From: Paraphysomonas bandaiensis
Taxonomy: Eukaryota > Protista > Chrysophyceae
Assembly: GCA_965644295.1 (NCBI GenBank)
Contig: CBFFRP010000134.1
Coordinates: 186,001 to 250,000, forward strand
Reading direction: 5' to 3'
DNA length: 64,000 nucleotides
Position 1 is the first letter of the stretch, and every line of letters starts with the position of its first letter. Below, piece after piece: positions 63,189-64,000 of the stretch. The translations under genes were made by a program, and so were the position numbers. A model generated the notes under the pieces. That model was given only the letters and a program-made list of their open reading frames with translations, ran no database searches and was not told the DNA's origin.

Positions 63189-64000
63189 GAATTAAAATAC
63201 TGTTTGTTTCTAATATAACAGTAAAGAGATAGAGATAGAGATAGATAATGCACAGTGTTTGATCTATCCTGATATAAATTACAGCCCTTTACCTTACAAC
63301 AGTCGCTGCTTCTATATGATGATGTCTACAGCACAGAGACTTGTACTAATATATAGGATTCCATGCATACTGATACTCCTATACACTATACAGCAGTACA
63401 CATACAGCAGTACACTAACTTACAACTGTAGAATACGGAATACTTATACTCTTGTATAGATGAAATACGCTGTGTATACGATTATACCTCTATGAGGACT
63501 ACAGGAGAAGTATGCAAAATAAGTTAACTACCAATCAAAATACAGTTACAGGAATAATATAATTATAATTGGATATTACAATAACACAATCGCCAGCCCG
63601 TTAGTCCCAATTACCCTGTATATCTATCATGAGTTCATGTAGATGATACTGTGATGGTGTCATAGCACTGCTGTCTCTATCTGCGCTAATCTGTGGGGTA
63701 TACATGCATATAGAGACTCTATTACCTCATTTTATACAATACATATATTACTGAGACGAATACAGTGCAGAGGAATGATGACATACCTGGAATACATAGC
63801 GATACAAAGGATATCTTAAAGAAAGTGCGGCTCAGTGTAGTTAAATTTATCACTACCATAAGAACATTTAACGTGTATATATCAGTATTAACGCTCATTT
63901 AGGTTAGATAACACAGATGGGGCAGTATGAGGGCTACATGCGATCTATAGGGTGAGTACAATATTGTGAAAGGGTGAACGGTGTATTAATTTCAACGTCC

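Overview
Eukaryotic nuclear DNA: intron-rich, with short GT-AG introns and the standard genetic code. The gene content suggests a stramenopile, possibly a phagotrophic chrysophyte-like ochrophyte (inference only). Host genes recognised: VPS16, WASHC4/SWIP, V-ATPase subunit C, cytosolic malate dehydrogenase, an RNI-like LRR protein, MCM5, an atypical E2F with two DNA-binding domains, an Oxa1/Cox18 insertase, a CCR/DFR-like reductase, a WDR5-like WD40 protein, a large protein with a PLOD-type glycosyltransferase C-terminus, TMEM110/STIMATE and an AIM24-family protein. Two transposon-dense islands lie at about 25.6-37.3 kb and 53.9-60.6 kb. Most notable is a young-looking 3.48-kb Tc1/IS630 (DD34E) transposon with apparently identical 198-bp TIRs, inserted in phase into a (TATG)n microsatellite. 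It carries a second, spliced, unrecognised ~540-aa gene running convergently from the opposite TIR, a MuDR-like two-gene layout. Also notable: two 5'-truncated LINE copies sharing a covarying, pseudoknotted 3' RNA structure; an intact MULE nested in other elements; a copia gag fused in frame to the antisense strand of an F-box/ankyrin gene; and (TATG)n arrays that repeatedly mark divergent promoters. All calls are by eye and no database searches were run.
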